Source of the DNA: an uncultured Solirubrobacterales bacterium
GTDB taxonomy: Bacteria; Actinomycetota; Thermoleophilia; Solirubrobacterales; 70-9
Direction of reading: 5' to 3'
Assembly: GCA_963702035.1 (NCBI GenBank)
Contig: OY969700.1
Span: 2,301,915-2,365,914, forward strand
DNA length: 64,000 nucleotides
Notes under the pieces: model-generated
What the model saw: the letters and a program-made list of their open reading frames with translations, nothing else
Database searches by the model: none
What the model was told of the DNA's origin: nothing
Shown: in pieces, positions 16,890 through 26,197 of the stretch
Layout: every line of letters begins with the position of its first letter
Position numbering within the stretch: position 1 is the stretch's first letter
Position numbers and translations under genes: made by a program

Positions 16890-18135
16890 ACTCCTCCGAG
16901 CTGCGCGGCACCTTGCCCCCTTCGGCACCGGGTTCCTGCGCCGGCCCGCGGGGCGAGGCGATGCCGAGGACCCGCATCGCCTTGAGCCCGAGGCCGAGCT
17001 TCTCGCGGCCCTCGGTGGCGGAGACGTCGTGGCCGCAGAGCTCGCGCACGCGCTCGAGCCGGTAGCGGATCGTGTGGCGGTGGGTGAAGAGCTGTTTGGC
17101 GGTGGCGGCGACGTTGCCGTCATTGCCCAGGTAGGCCTCGACGGTCGCCACGAGCTCCGTCTCGTACTGGTCGTCATAAGCGGCGAGCGGCTCGATCGTC
17201 TCGGCGAAGAAGCGCTGCAGCTCACCCGGGTCCTCGCTCATCGCGGGCAGCAGCAGGCGGTAGGCGCCGGTGTCCTCGAAGGCGAGCAGGGGGCGGTCCT
17301 CGGCTTCGCCGACGTTGACCGCGAGGTGGGCCTCGTTGCCGGCGCGGTAGAGGTCGACGGGATCGGCGACGCGGCGGCTGGCGCCGATCGTCAGATGGAA
17401 GCCGGCGAGGGCGTCCTCGAGCTCGCGTGCGAGACCGGCGGCCGCGCGCTGCAGACGCTCTTCCTCCTCGACGGGGACGATCACGGCGATCTCTGTCGCG
17501 ACCTCGCCCTCGTCGACCGCGGCCAGGGCGCCGGGGGCAAGCGAGCGCAACGTCCGCATCGCGAGGGTCAACACACGCGCCCGCCACTCGCCGGTCTGTG
17601 CGGTTCGCGGCGCGGCACGCAGCACGATCGCCCCGGCTCCCTTCTCCAGATCCGTGCCGAGCTCGCCGGCGCGGGCGACGATGTCGCCGCGGTCGGTCAC
17701 CTTGCGGCCGAAGACCGCGGCGACGAAGACCCCCGCGACCTCCTCGTTCTGCCAGTCGGGTGAGCGGGAGCGCTCCAGCTCCAGGGCCAGCAGGGTCGTC
17801 ACCATCCGCGCGATCGCCGGATCGGGCGGAGCTTTCGCTCTGTAGCGCAGCTCACCGACCGCCGCATCGGCCACCCGCAGCTCCACAGAAGTAACCCGCT
17901 CCCCGCCGGCCAGCAGCTTCTCCTCCTGATCCGGAGACGCGCCGGCCACAGCCAGCACAGCCCCCGATCGCTCGATCAGCGCGACACTCGCATCCAGCAC
18001 CCGAGCCGCCGCCCGCGCCACCGCAGGCAGTCCAGCTCCCGACTCAACAGCTTCGGAGAGCGCCCCCAACGGCTCCTGATCAGCCGCCTTTGCAGGAGTT
18101 TTCGACCCTTTCGCGCTGGTAGACATCCTGGTCAT
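16888..18135 (-). CDS. PucR family transcriptional regulator
   Basis: C-terminal HTH: AATAKQLFTHRHTIRYRLERVRELCGHDV. Confidence 0.8.
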   Translation of the reverse strand: MTRMSTSAKGSKTPAKAADQEPLGALSEAVESGAGLPAVARAAARVLDASVALIERSGAVLAVAGASPDQEEKLLAGGERVTSVELRVADAAVGELRYRAKAPPDPAIARMVTTLLALELERSRSPDWQNEEVAGVFVAAVFGRKVTDRGDIVARAGELGTDLEKGAGAIVLRAAPRTAQTGEWRARVLTLAMRTLRSLAPGALAAVDEGEVATEIAVIVPVEEEERLQRAAAGLARELEDALAGFHLTIGASRRVADPVDLYRAGNEAHLAVNVGEAEDRPLLAFEDTGAYRLLLPAMSEDPGELQRFFAETIEPLAAYDDQYETELVATVEAYLGNDGNVAATAKQLFTHRHTIRYRLERVRELCGHDVSATEGREKLGLGLKAMRVLGIASPRGPAQEPGAEGGKVPRSSEE

Positions 18136-18155
18136 TATCGCGATGCCTCCCGTCT

Positions 18156-18268
18156 AGGGCCTGTCCGGTAGGGCTGGAACGTCTTGTACTTTTTCGGTGT
18201 GGGCCTCGGGCGCCAGCCCAAACGCGACCACCGAAAAAGTTAAGTGGAAGCCCTGCCGGACAGGCCCT
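18156..18268 (+). repeat. F2 long-hairpin element, copy B
   Basis: AGGGCCTGTCCGGTAGGGCTGGAACGTCTTGTACTTTTTCGGTG...AAAAAGTTAAGTGGAAGCCCTGCCGGACAGGCCCT. Abuts the stop codon at 18268-18270 (-). Confidence 0.85.
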
Positions 18269-18525
18269 CAGCCGAGTACTTCGACAATGTCGTTGTAGTA
18301 GTAGACGATTGCAAGCCCCACGACAACGCCCGTAAGGACCAGCGCGACAAGCACGATCACCGAAAGCACTCCCGCCGCGGTCTTCTCCCAGATGCGCCCG
18401 TAGGAGCCGATCGCGGGGACGAAGATCAGGGCGACGAAGGCGACCAGGCTGACCAGCCCGGCTCCGCCGAAGAGCAGGTACTCATTTTCGATCTTCTGCA
18501 GGGCGAGCGGCAGCACGGTCCCCAT
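18268..18525 (-). CDS. Small two-TM membrane protein
   Basis: 85 aa, hydrophobic (LLFGGAGLVSLVAFVALIFVPAIG...). Overlaps the upstream gene end by 44 nt. Confidence 0.5.
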   Translation of the reverse strand: MGTVLPLALQKIENEYLLFGGAGLVSLVAFVALIFVPAIGSYGRIWEKTAAGVLSVIVLVALVLTGVVVGLAIVYYYNDIVEVLG

Positions 18526-20038
18526 TCTGGCGCACCGACCCGTCCGAAGAGTGGGGCCGTCGCATCGTCTCGATGGTGGATGCGAGCAGGGCGACGGCCG
18601 CGCAGAGCGAGAAGGCCGCGGCGCCCAGCGCCCAGCCGGCGCTGACGTCGCTCATGTAGTGGACGCCGAGGTAGACGCGCGAGAGGCCGATCAGGGCGGT
18701 GAGGGCGATCCCGCCCGCGACCACGAGTGCTCCCCGCGCCATCCCGACCCGCAGGCGCATCACGATCGTCACCGCCAGCCAGACGTAGAAGGTCGAGTAG
18801 GCGGCATGGGCGCTGGGGAAGGACGATCCGGAGACGCTGACGAGCCCGTCGCCGGGCCGCGGCCGGTCGACGGCGTCCTTGATCTCGTGCACGCCGACGA
18901 TGACGATCGCCATGCCGGCGACCAGCACGCCGAGCTCGGCCCAGCGGCGGCGGGCGGCGAGGATCGCAGCGGCGACCGCGGCGAGCGGCCAGCAGATCGC
19001 GCCGGAGCCGAGCGCCGTGACCAGCTTGGCGATGTTGACGAGCCAGGCGGCGCGCAGCTTTTCGGCGATTTCCATCGCGGTGATGTCGCCGGGCGTGGGG
19101 CCGGGATCGCCGTTGACGACCACGGTGTAGGCGACGAGGACGAAGGCGGCGACGGCAAGGGTCGCCATCAGCGAGGTGAATTCGAGCCCGAAGGTGCCGC
19201 CCGGCGTCACCCGGTCCCAGAGGAAGCTGAGCTGCGGTTGGAAGCGGCGCGCGAGGACGACGATCCACCGCGTCGCCCAGTGTCCCTCCATCCAGCGCAC
19301 CGCGGCTCGCCGGTTCGCCTCGACCCGAAAGTGGCGCACCAGCCAGACCGCGCCGGCGACGACGACAATCAGCGTGGCGAGCAGGAAGGCGCCTTTGCCG
19401 GCGTACTTGGCGGCGGTGTCGATGCTGCGCGAGAAGAAGTAGCCGATCAGGATGTGGGCGCTGGCCCAGAGCCCGGTCCCGAGGATGCTGTAGGGGACGA
19501 AGGCGCGGTAGCGCATGCCCGAGCTGCCGGCGATGAAGGGCGCGAAGGCGCGCACGAGGCTGACGAAGCGGCCGATGAAGATCGTCTTGCCGCCGTGGCG
19601 GGAGAAGTAGTCCTCGACTTTCTCGAAGCGCTCGTGGCTGATCCCGAAACGGGGGCCGTTGCGCATCACGAACTCGCGGCCGAGCCTGCGGCCGAGGAAG
19701 AAGCTGGTCGTGTCGCCGGCCCAGGCGGCGAACCAGGCGACCGCGATCAGCAGGTAGATGCTGATCGCCCCCTGACCGGCGACCGCGCCGCCCAGCAGCA
19801 TCACGGTCTCGCCGGGGACGACGAGGCCGACGAAGGCGCCCGTCTCAGCGAAGGCGAAGACGCCGACGAGCAGGTAGGTCCAGGCGCCCAGCGTGTTCGA
19901 GACGTCTTCCAGCAGCTGCTGGAGGTTTTCGTGCGGGATCAGCCGGCTGAGCAGGTAGTAGCCGGCGGCGATCGCGACGGCGATCGTCGCGATCAGCAGG
20001 CGTTTCCGCCGCCGGTCCTCTGGCAGCTGAAGTTTCAC
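18482..20038 (-). CDS. DedA (VTT/SNARE-associated) domain fused to a PAP2 phosphatase domain
   Basis: N-terminus reads FAFAETGAFVGLVVPGETVMLLGG. C-terminus carries the PAP2 motifs SFPSAHAAYS and SRVYLGVHYMSDV. Confidence 0.8.
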   Translation of the reverse strand: MKLQLPEDRRRKRLLIATIAVAIAAGYYLLSRLIPHENLQQLLEDVSNTLGAWTYLLVGVFAFAETGAFVGLVVPGETVMLLGGAVAGQGAISIYLLIAVAWFAAWAGDTTSFFLGRRLGREFVMRNGPRFGISHERFEKVEDYFSRHGGKTIFIGRFVSLVRAFAPFIAGSSGMRYRAFVPYSILGTGLWASAHILIGYFFSRSIDTAAKYAGKGAFLLATLIVVVAGAVWLVRHFRVEANRRAAVRWMEGHWATRWIVVLARRFQPQLSFLWDRVTPGGTFGLEFTSLMATLAVAAFVLVAYTVVVNGDPGPTPGDITAMEIAEKLRAAWLVNIAKLVTALGSGAICWPLAAVAAAILAARRRWAELGVLVAGMAIVIVGVHEIKDAVDRPRPGDGLVSVSGSSFPSAHAAYSTFYVWLAVTIVMRLRVGMARGALVVAGGIALTALIGLSRVYLGVHYMSDVSAGWALGAAAFSLCAAVALLASTIETMRRPHSSDGSVRQNGDRAAARPAEDRK

Positions 20039-20049
20039 CAGGCGCAGTC

Positions 20050-20913
20050 TTACGGGGCCGGGCCCGCCGCGCAGACGATCGCGTCGTCGCGGTCGATCGC
20101 CTGCGCGGCCCGCCGCGCCGTCGCCAGGTCGGAGAAGAGGCCGAAGGCGGTCGGGCCGGAGCCGGTCAGCAGGGCGACCGGCGCGCCCGCCGCGCGCAGC
20201 GCGTCGAGCGCGGCGCCGATCTCGGGCCGCAGCGAGCGCGCCGCCGGCTCGAGGTCGTTGGCGAGCAGCTCGGCGTAAGCGAGCGGTGAGGCGCCGCCGC
20301 CTGCCGCCGCGCGCAGCCGCGCCGCCAACTCGTCGAGCTCGGCCTCGCCGCGCCCGAGCCCGAGCCGGTCGGCCTCGGCGAAGACGGCGGCGGTGCTCAA
20401 CCCGCCCCCGCCGGGTAGCAGGACGAAGGCATGGGAGGCAGGAGCCGGCAGGCGCTCGATCCGCTCGCCAGCCCCGCGCACGAGGGCGAGCGCGGGCGCG
20501 AGCTGCGAGGGCACGTCGGCGCCGAGCTCGGCCGCGAGCGCCGGCAGGTCGAGCTTTGGCGCGTTTGTCGGACTATTTCCGACAAACGCGCCACGGGCGG
20601 CCAACCGCAGCACCGCGGCGGCATCGGCGCTGCCGCCGCCGAGCCCGGCGGCGACCGGGATCCGCTTCTCGATCTCGACCCGCAGCGGTGGCCCGTCCCA
20701 GCCGCGCTCGCGCAGCGCCGCCAGCGCCCGGGCGGCGAGGTTCTCGCCTTCGACCCCCGCGCAGATCACCTCGTCGCTGCCAGCCTCGGAGACCTCAATC
20801 GCGTCGGCCAGGGCGAGCGGCTCGAACAACGAGCAGAGATCGTGCAGGGCGTCGGCGCGGCGCGGGCCGAGGTAGAGGCAGAGGTTGAGCTTGGCGGGTG
20901 CTTTGATGCGCAT
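20050..20913 (-). CDS. ispE: 4-diphosphocytidyl-2-C-methyl-D-erythritol kinase
   Basis: MRIKAPAKLNLCLYLG...IPVAAGLGGGSADAAA...LGADVPSQL. ATG 20913 is preferred over the track start. Confidence 0.85.
   Translation of the reverse strand: MRIKAPAKLNLCLYLGPRRADALHDLCSLFEPLALADAIEVSEAGSDEVICAGVEGENLAARALAALRERGWDGPPLRVEIEKRIPVAAGLGGGSADAAAVLRLAARGAFVGNSPTNAPKLDLPALAAELGADVPSQLAPALALVRGAGERIERLPAPASHAFVLLPGGGGLSTAAVFAEADRLGLGRGEAELDELAARLRAAAGGGASPLAYAELLANDLEPAARSLRPEIGAALDALRAAGAPVALLTGSGPTAFGLFSDLATARRAAQAIDRDDAIVCAAGPAP
20558..20592. repeat. H2-type perfect hairpin inside ispE
   Basis: GGCGCGTTTGTCGGA-CTATT-TCCGACAAACGCGCC (15-bp perfect stem). Encodes part of ..GAFVGNSPTNAPK.. Confidence 0.75.
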
Positions 20914-20917
20914 GGTT

Positions 20918-21029
20918 GGGGACTGTCCCAGTGAGGGTTCTCTCAACTTTTTCTGAAGACAGTTATCTGCTGTCCGTCGGCCCTATCGCAGAAAAAGTAC
21001 AAGCCGTTCACCCCCACTGGGACAGTCCC
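20918..21029 (-). repeat. F2 long-hairpin element, copy F (divergent)
   Basis: The reverse complement reads GGGACTGTCCCAGTGGGGGTGAACGGCTTGTACTTTTTCTG...CAGAAAAAGTTGAGAGAACCCTCACTGGGACAGTCCCC. Spans from the ispE start into the last 7 codons of rsmA. Confidence 0.7.
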
Positions 21030-21772
21030 TTCCGTAATGCTTGGAACTGACCCGGAGAAAGCTGCTCGGCCCGAGCGTTTTTGGGCAAGTCAAGCTCCTC
21101 GAGGGCAGAGCGGGTCGGAGCGAGTGAGCCGGGGCGGACGTGCTCCAGCGAGCGGGCCAGGGACTTGCGGCGGTGGGCGAAGGCGGCGCGAACCAGCTCA
21201 CGGGTAGCGGCGTCGGCGCCGGGCCCGGTGCGGCGCAGGCTCAAGATCGCCGACTCGACTCGCGGCCGCGGCCGGAAGACCGCCGGGTCGACAGTGCGCA
21301 GCAGCTTCACCTCGCAGGCCAGCTGCGCCTGCACGCTCGGCGAGCCGTAGGTCCGGCTGCCCGGCGCGGCGCGCAGGCGGTCGGCGATCTCGCGCTGCAC
21401 CATCACCGTCCAGCGCGTGACTCGGGGCAGCTGCTCGATCGTGCGCAAGATCAGCGGCGTGGCGATCGAGTAGGGCAGGTTGGCGACGACCGCACTCGGC
21501 GCCGGGTCGAAGCCGACCAGGTCGAACTTCATCGCATCGCCCCAGTGCAGCTCGACCCCGGGGCGCGCCGCGAGCGGCGCCAGCACGGGCTCCAGGTTGC
21601 GGTCGATCTCGATCGTGTGGACGTGCGCGGCGACGGCAGCGAGGCGCTCGGTCAGCACCCCTTCGCCGGCGCCGACCTCCAGCACGATGTCGGTCGGCTC
21701 GAGCTCGGCATCGCGGACGATCGCGTCGAGCAGGTTCGGATCGGCGAGGAAGTTCTGCCCGAGCCTGACCAA
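21008..21772 (-). CDS. rsmA: 16S rRNA (adenine1518/1519-N6)-dimethyltransferase
   Basis: LGQNFLADPNLLDAIV...VLEVGAGEGVLTERL...VANLPYSIATP. Confidence 0.9.
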   Translation of the reverse strand: MVRLGQNFLADPNLLDAIVRDAELEPTDIVLEVGAGEGVLTERLAAVAAHVHTIEIDRNLEPVLAPLAARPGVELHWGDAMKFDLVGFDPAPSAVVANLPYSIATPLILRTIEQLPRVTRWTVMVQREIADRLRAAPGSRTYGSPSVQAQLACEVKLLRTVDPAVFRPRPRVESAILSLRRTGPGADAATRELVRAAFAHRRKSLARSLEHVRPGSLAPTRSALEELDLPKNARAEQLSPGQFQALRKGLSQWG

Positions 21773-21784
21773 CGCCGGAGTCCC

Positions 21785-22552
21785 CTACCAGCCGAAGAGG
21801 GTGCGGGCGTTTGCCTCGACGGTCCGCTCCAGCTCCTCGTAGGCGACCCCGCGCGCGGCGGCGACGACGCGGGCGGTATCGACGACGTAGGCCGGTTCGT
21901 TGGGCTTGCCGCGCACGGTCTGGGGTGCCAGGTAGGGGGCGTCGGTCTCGACCAGGATCAGCTCGTCGGGCAGCTGCGCGGCGGCCCCGCGCAGATCGTC
22001 GGAGCCCGGGTAGGTGGTGTGACCGGCGAAGGAGCAGTACCAGCCGCGCTCGGCGGCGTCGGCGGCGCGCCAGGGGGCGGAGAAGCAGTGCAGGATCACC
22101 GGCGTGTCGCCGGCCTGGTCGTCGAGCAGCGCGAAGATCTCGTCGATCGCCTTCGTCTCGCCGTCCTTGTCGCGGCCGTGGATGACGATCGGCAGCGCCA
22201 GCTCGCGGGCGATCCCGACCTGGGCCTCGAAGGCACGCCGCTGCTCGGCCGGGCTGGCCATCTCGTGGTAGTAGTCGATCCCGGTCTCGCCGATCGCCCT
22301 CACCTTCTCGTGGGCCGCGAGGCGGGCGATCCGCTCTGCTTCGGCGTCGTCGAAGCCCTCGGCCTCGGTCGGGTGGCGGCCGACGCTTGCGAAGACCTCG
22401 TCATGACGCTCGGCGGCGCCGATTGCGGTGGCGTTCTGCTCGCCGCCGAGGCCGACGTTGAGCATGCGCTTTACGCCCGCGGCGAGCGCGTCCGCGACCA
22501 GCTCGGCCTCGGGCCGCTCGCAGAGGAACAGGTGCGTGTGGGAGTCGATCAC
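21785..22552 (-). CDS. TatD family metal-dependent hydrolase
   Basis: MIDSHTHLF...IGETGIDYYH...PIVIHGRD..LHCFS..ETDAPYL. Confidence 0.9.
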   Translation of the reverse strand: MIDSHTHLFLCERPEAELVADALAAGVKRMLNVGLGGEQNATAIGAAERHDEVFASVGRHPTEAEGFDDAEAERIARLAAHEKVRAIGETGIDYYHEMASPAEQRRAFEAQVGIARELALPIVIHGRDKDGETKAIDEIFALLDDQAGDTPVILHCFSAPWRAADAAERGWYCSFAGHTTYPGSDDLRGAAAQLPDELILVETDAPYLAPQTVRGKPNEPAYVVDTARVVAAARGVAYEELERTVEANARTLFGW

Positions 22553-22584
22553 GAGAATCCCAGCCTATCCCCGCCAGTTGTCTT

Positions 22585-22631
22585 TTCCGGTGCGCCTTTT
22601 GCTCTCTATACGTGCATAAGGCGCACCGGAA
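22585..22631. repeat. H1 hairpin in the tatD/metH intergenic region
   Basis: TTCCGGTGCGCCTT-19 nt-AAGGCGCACCGGAA. Confidence 0.7.
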
Positions 22632-22653
22632 GCGCCTCGGTAGCCTCTTGCAC

Positions 22654-25600
22654 ATGCCCGAGCGCGACTACATAGCCGCTACCAGGGAGCGCGTCGTCGT
22701 CTTCGACGGCGGCATGGGCGCGACCCTGGAGCAGTTCGACCTGACTCAGGAGGACTACGGCGGCCTGCTCGGCAAATGCCACGAGGCGCTGGTCCTCAAC
22801 CGCCCCGACGTGATCGAGGGCGTTCACGCCTCGATGCTCGAGGCCGGCGCCGAGGTGGTCGAGACCGACAGCTTCCAGGGCTCGCGGCTGAAGCTCGAGG
22901 AGTGGGGGCTGGGCGAGCACACGCTGGAGATCAACCGCGGTGCGGCGGAAATCGCGCGCAAGGCGGCGGGCGAGAACCGCTTCGTCGCCGGCTCGATCGG
23001 GCCGACCGGTTTCCTGCCCGCCTCTGACGATCCGACCCTGGGCGACATCTCCTTCCGCAAGCTGGTCGAGGTCTTCGCCGAACAGGCGAAGGGCTTGGTC
23101 GAGGGGGGCGCCGACCTGATCATCATCGAGACCGCGCAGGACATCCTCGAGGTCAAGGCCTCGATCTTCGGCGCCCGCGAGGCGTTCGCCGAGGCGGGCC
23201 GCACGCTGCCGATCCAGTGCAGCGTCTCGTTGCTGCCGCAGGGCGGCAAGATGCTGCTCGGTACCGACATCCAGGCGGTGCTGACGACGCTGACCGCGCT
23301 CGACGTCGACGTGATCGGGCTCAACTGCTCGACCGGCCCCGAGGACATGCGCGAGGCGATCCGCTTCCTAGGCGAGCACAGCCCGCTGCCGGTTCACTGC
23401 ATCCCCAACGCCGGCCTGCCGCTGCAGGGGCCCGATGGCGAGACGATCTTCCCCGAACAGCCCGAGCCGCTGGCCGCGACTCTGGGCGAGTTCGTCGAGC
23501 GCTACGGCGTCGGCATCGTCGGCGGCTGCTGCGGGACCACCCCCGAGCACATCGCGGCGATCCGCGCGCGGGTCAACGGCCGCGTGCCCGGCGAGCGCCC
23601 GGCGCCGGGGCCGATCGAGGTCTCCTCGATGATGACCTCGACGCCGCTGGTCCAGGAGCCGCGCCCGACCCTGGTCGGCGAGCGGGTCAACTCGCAGGGC
23701 TCGCGCAAGGCCAAGGAGCTGCTGCTCGCCGACGACTACGACGGCCTCGTCCAGGTCGCCGAAGACCAGGTCGAAGGCGGCGCCCACGTGCTCGACATCT
23801 GCGTGGCGCTGACCGAGCGCGCCGACGAGGACGAGCAGATGGTCGCCGTGGTCGAGCGGATCTCGCTGACCCAGCCGGCGCCGATCCAGGTCGACTCGAC
23901 CGAGCCCGACGTCATCGCGGCCGCGCTGGAGAAGATCCCCGGCAGGGCGATCGTCAACTCGATCAACCTCGAGGCCGGCGAGGACAAGGCCAACGTCGTC
24001 GCGCCGCTGGCCAAGGCGCACGGGGCGGCGCTGATCGCGCTGACGATCGACGAGGTCGGGATGGCGAAGACGGCCGAGCGCAAGGTCGAGATCGCCAAGC
24101 GGATCCGTGACCTGGTCTGCGAGAAGCACGGTCTCGACCCCGAGGCGCTGATCTTCGACGCGCTCACCTTCACCCTGACCACCGGCGACGACGAGTGGAA
24201 GCCCTCGGCCGTCGAGACGATCGAGGGGATCCGGCGGATCAAGGCAGAGATCCCGGGCGTAAAGACCTCGCTCGGCGTCTCCAACGTCTCCTTCGGCGTC
24301 GGCCAGCCGGCCCGCGCCGTGCTCAACTCGGTCTTCCTGCACCACTGCGTCGACGCCGGGCTCGACCTGGCGATGGTCAACCCGAACCACATCACTCCCT
24401 ACTCGGAGATCTCCGACGAGGAGCGCGAGCTGACCGACGACCTCGTCTTCAACCGGCGCGAGGACGCGCTGGAGCGCTTCATCGGGCATTTCGAGTCCAA
24501 GGGCGAGGAGGCTGCCGAGGAGGCGGAGGACCCGACCGCCGGGATGGAGCCCGAGGAGGCCCTGCACTGGCACATCCTGCGCCGCAAGAAGGACGGGGTC
24601 GAGGAGTGGATCGACCGCTCGAACGAGAAGATCGGCGCCGTCCCGACGCTGAACGAGGTGCTGCTGCCGGCGATGAAGGAGGTCGGCGACAAATTCGGGG
24701 CCGGCGAACTGATCCTGCCCTTCGTCCTGCAGTCGGCCGAAGTGATGAAGTGCGCCGTGGCGCGGCTGGAGAACTACCTCGACCGGATCGAGGGCCACAC
24801 CAAGGGCAAGGTCGTGATCGCGACCGTGTTCGGCGACGTCCACGACATCGGCAAGTCGCTGGTCAACACGATCCTCACCAACAACGGCTACACCGTGGTC
24901 GACCTCGGCAAGCAGGTCCCGGTCGAGACGATCATCGAGGCCGCGGTCGAGAACGAGGCCGACGCGATCGGCCTCTCCGCGCTGCTCGTCTCGACCTCGA
25001 AGCAGATGCCGATCTGCATCCAGGAGTTGCACCAGCGCGGTCTCGAGTTCCCGGTGCTGATCGGCGGCGCCGCGATCAATCGCGACTTCGGCCGCCGCAC
25101 GCTCTACCCGCACGGCAAAGAGTCCGACGACGTCTATGAGCCCGGGGTCTTCTACTGCAAGGACGCCTTCCAGGGCCTCGACACGATGGACGCGCTCGTT
25201 GACGACGCCGCGCGCGAGGCGCTGGTCGAGCGGATCCACGCCGAGGCGAAGACACTGCGCGAGAAGCCCGTCGTCGTTGACGACTCGCCGCCGACCACCG
25301 ACGCGAGCGTGCGTTCGGCGGCCGTCACCGACAACCCGATCCCAGAGTCGCCGTTCCAGGGTGCTCGCGAGGTCGAGATCGACCTCGACGAGGTCTTCCC
25401 CTACCTCGACCGTCACGTGCTCTTCAAGCTGCACTGGGGCGGCAAAGGCGTCAAGGGCGAGGCCTGGCGCGCGCTGATCGAGGGCGACGGGGAGGAGGAG
25501 GGCTTCGCGCCCCGCCTCGAGCGGATGTGGCGCGAGCAGGGCTACCTCCACCCGCGGGCGCGGCTCGGCTACTTCCCCTGCAACTCGGTGGGCAACGAGC

Positions 25601-26187
25601 TGGTCGTCTTCGACCCCGAGGATCCCGAGCGTGAGCTGGAGCGGCTCGTCTTCCCGCGCCAGCCCAAGCACGACCGGATCTGCCTCGCCGACTTCTACCG
25701 CCCGCTCGACAGCGGCGAACGCGACGTGGTTGCCCTTCAGGGCGTCACCGTCGGGCCCGAGGTGACCGAGTTGATCGAGCGGCTCGAGGGCGAAGGCGAG
25801 TTCGCCGAGCAGCTCTTCGTCCACGGCCTCGGCGTGCAGTCGGCCGAGGGCCTGGCCGAGTGGCTGCACGCCCAGGTGCGCCGCGAGCTAGGCATCGAGC
25901 CCGACCAGGGCCGCCGCTACTCCTGGGGCTACCCGGCCTGCCCCGACCAGTCCGAGCACGAGAAGGTCTGGCGCCTGCTCGACCTCGAGCGGATCGGCAT
26001 GACCCTCTCCGACGGCTTCGCCGTGACCCCCGAGCAGTCGACCGTGGCGATAGTCGCCCATCATCCCCAGGCCGTCTACTTCGGCATGAAGTCCGGCTTC
26101 ATCCCCGAGGACAAGGCCCCCGACGAACTGATCGCCGGCACCGAGCGAGGCGGCCAGATCCCCCCTGAGCGCGAGCCGGTGGGGTAG
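22654..26187 (+). CDS. metH: Cobalamin-dependent methionine synthase
   Basis: ~1177 aa containing the Hcy-binding, pterin-binding, B12-binding (GDVHDIGK) and AdoMet-activation modules. ATG 22654 is preferred. Confidence 0.95.
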   Translation: MPERDYIAATRERVVVFDGGMGATLEQFDLTQEDYGGLLGKCHEALVLNRPDVIEGVHASMLEAGAEVVETDSFQGSRLKLEEWGLGEHTLEINRGAAEIARKAAGENRFVAGSIGPTGFLPASDDPTLGDISFRKLVEVFAEQAKGLVEGGADLIIIETAQDILEVKASIFGAREAFAEAGRTLPIQCSVSLLPQGGKMLLGTDIQAVLTTLTALDVDVIGLNCSTGPEDMREAIRFLGEHSPLPVHCIPNAGLPLQGPDGETIFPEQPEPLAATLGEFVERYGVGIVGGCCGTTPEHIAAIRARVNGRVPGERPAPGPIEVSSMMTSTPLVQEPRPTLVGERVNSQGSRKAKELLLADDYDGLVQVAEDQVEGGAHVLDICVALTERADEDEQMVAVVERISLTQPAPIQVDSTEPDVIAAALEKIPGRAIVNSINLEAGEDKANVVAPLAKAHGAALIALTIDEVGMAKTAERKVEIAKRIRDLVCEKHGLDPEALIFDALTFTLTTGDDEWKPSAVETIEGIRRIKAEIPGVKTSLGVSNVSFGVGQPARAVLNSVFLHHCVDAGLDLAMVNPNHITPYSEISDEERELTDDLVFNRREDALERFIGHFESKGEEAAEEAEDPTAGMEPEEALHWHILRRKKDGVEEWIDRSNEKIGAVPTLNEVLLPAMKEVGDKFGAGELILPFVLQSAEVMKCAVARLENYLDRIEGHTKGKVVIATVFGDVHDIGKSLVNTILTNNGYTVVDLGKQVPVETIIEAAVENEADAIGLSALLVSTSKQMPICIQELHQRGLEFPVLIGGAAINRDFGRRTLYPHGKESDDVYEPGVFYCKDAFQGLDTMDALVDDAAREALVERIHAEAKTLREKPVVVDDSPPTTDASVRSAAVTDNPIPESPFQGAREVEIDLDEVFPYLDRHVLFKLHWGGKGVKGEAWRALIEGDGEEEGFAPRLERMWREQGYLHPRARLGYFPCNSVGNELVVFDPEDPERELERLVFPRQPKHDRICLADFYRPLDSGERDVVALQGVTVGPEVTELIERLEGEGEFAEQLFVHGLGVQSAEGLAEWLHAQVRRELGIEPDQGRRYSWGYPACPDQSEHEKVWRLLDLERIGMTLSDGFAVTPEQSTVAIVAHHPQAVYFGMKSGFIPEDKAPDELIAGTERGGQIPPEREPVG

Positions 26188-26197
26188 CGATCACGAG

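Noticed and set aside
22553-22653. Riboswitch (B12 or SAM) upstream of metH.
   Set aside because: The leader is only ~100 nt and is dominated by the H1 repeat hairpin, which also occurs inside an unrelated CDS. I could see no B12-box or S-box features.
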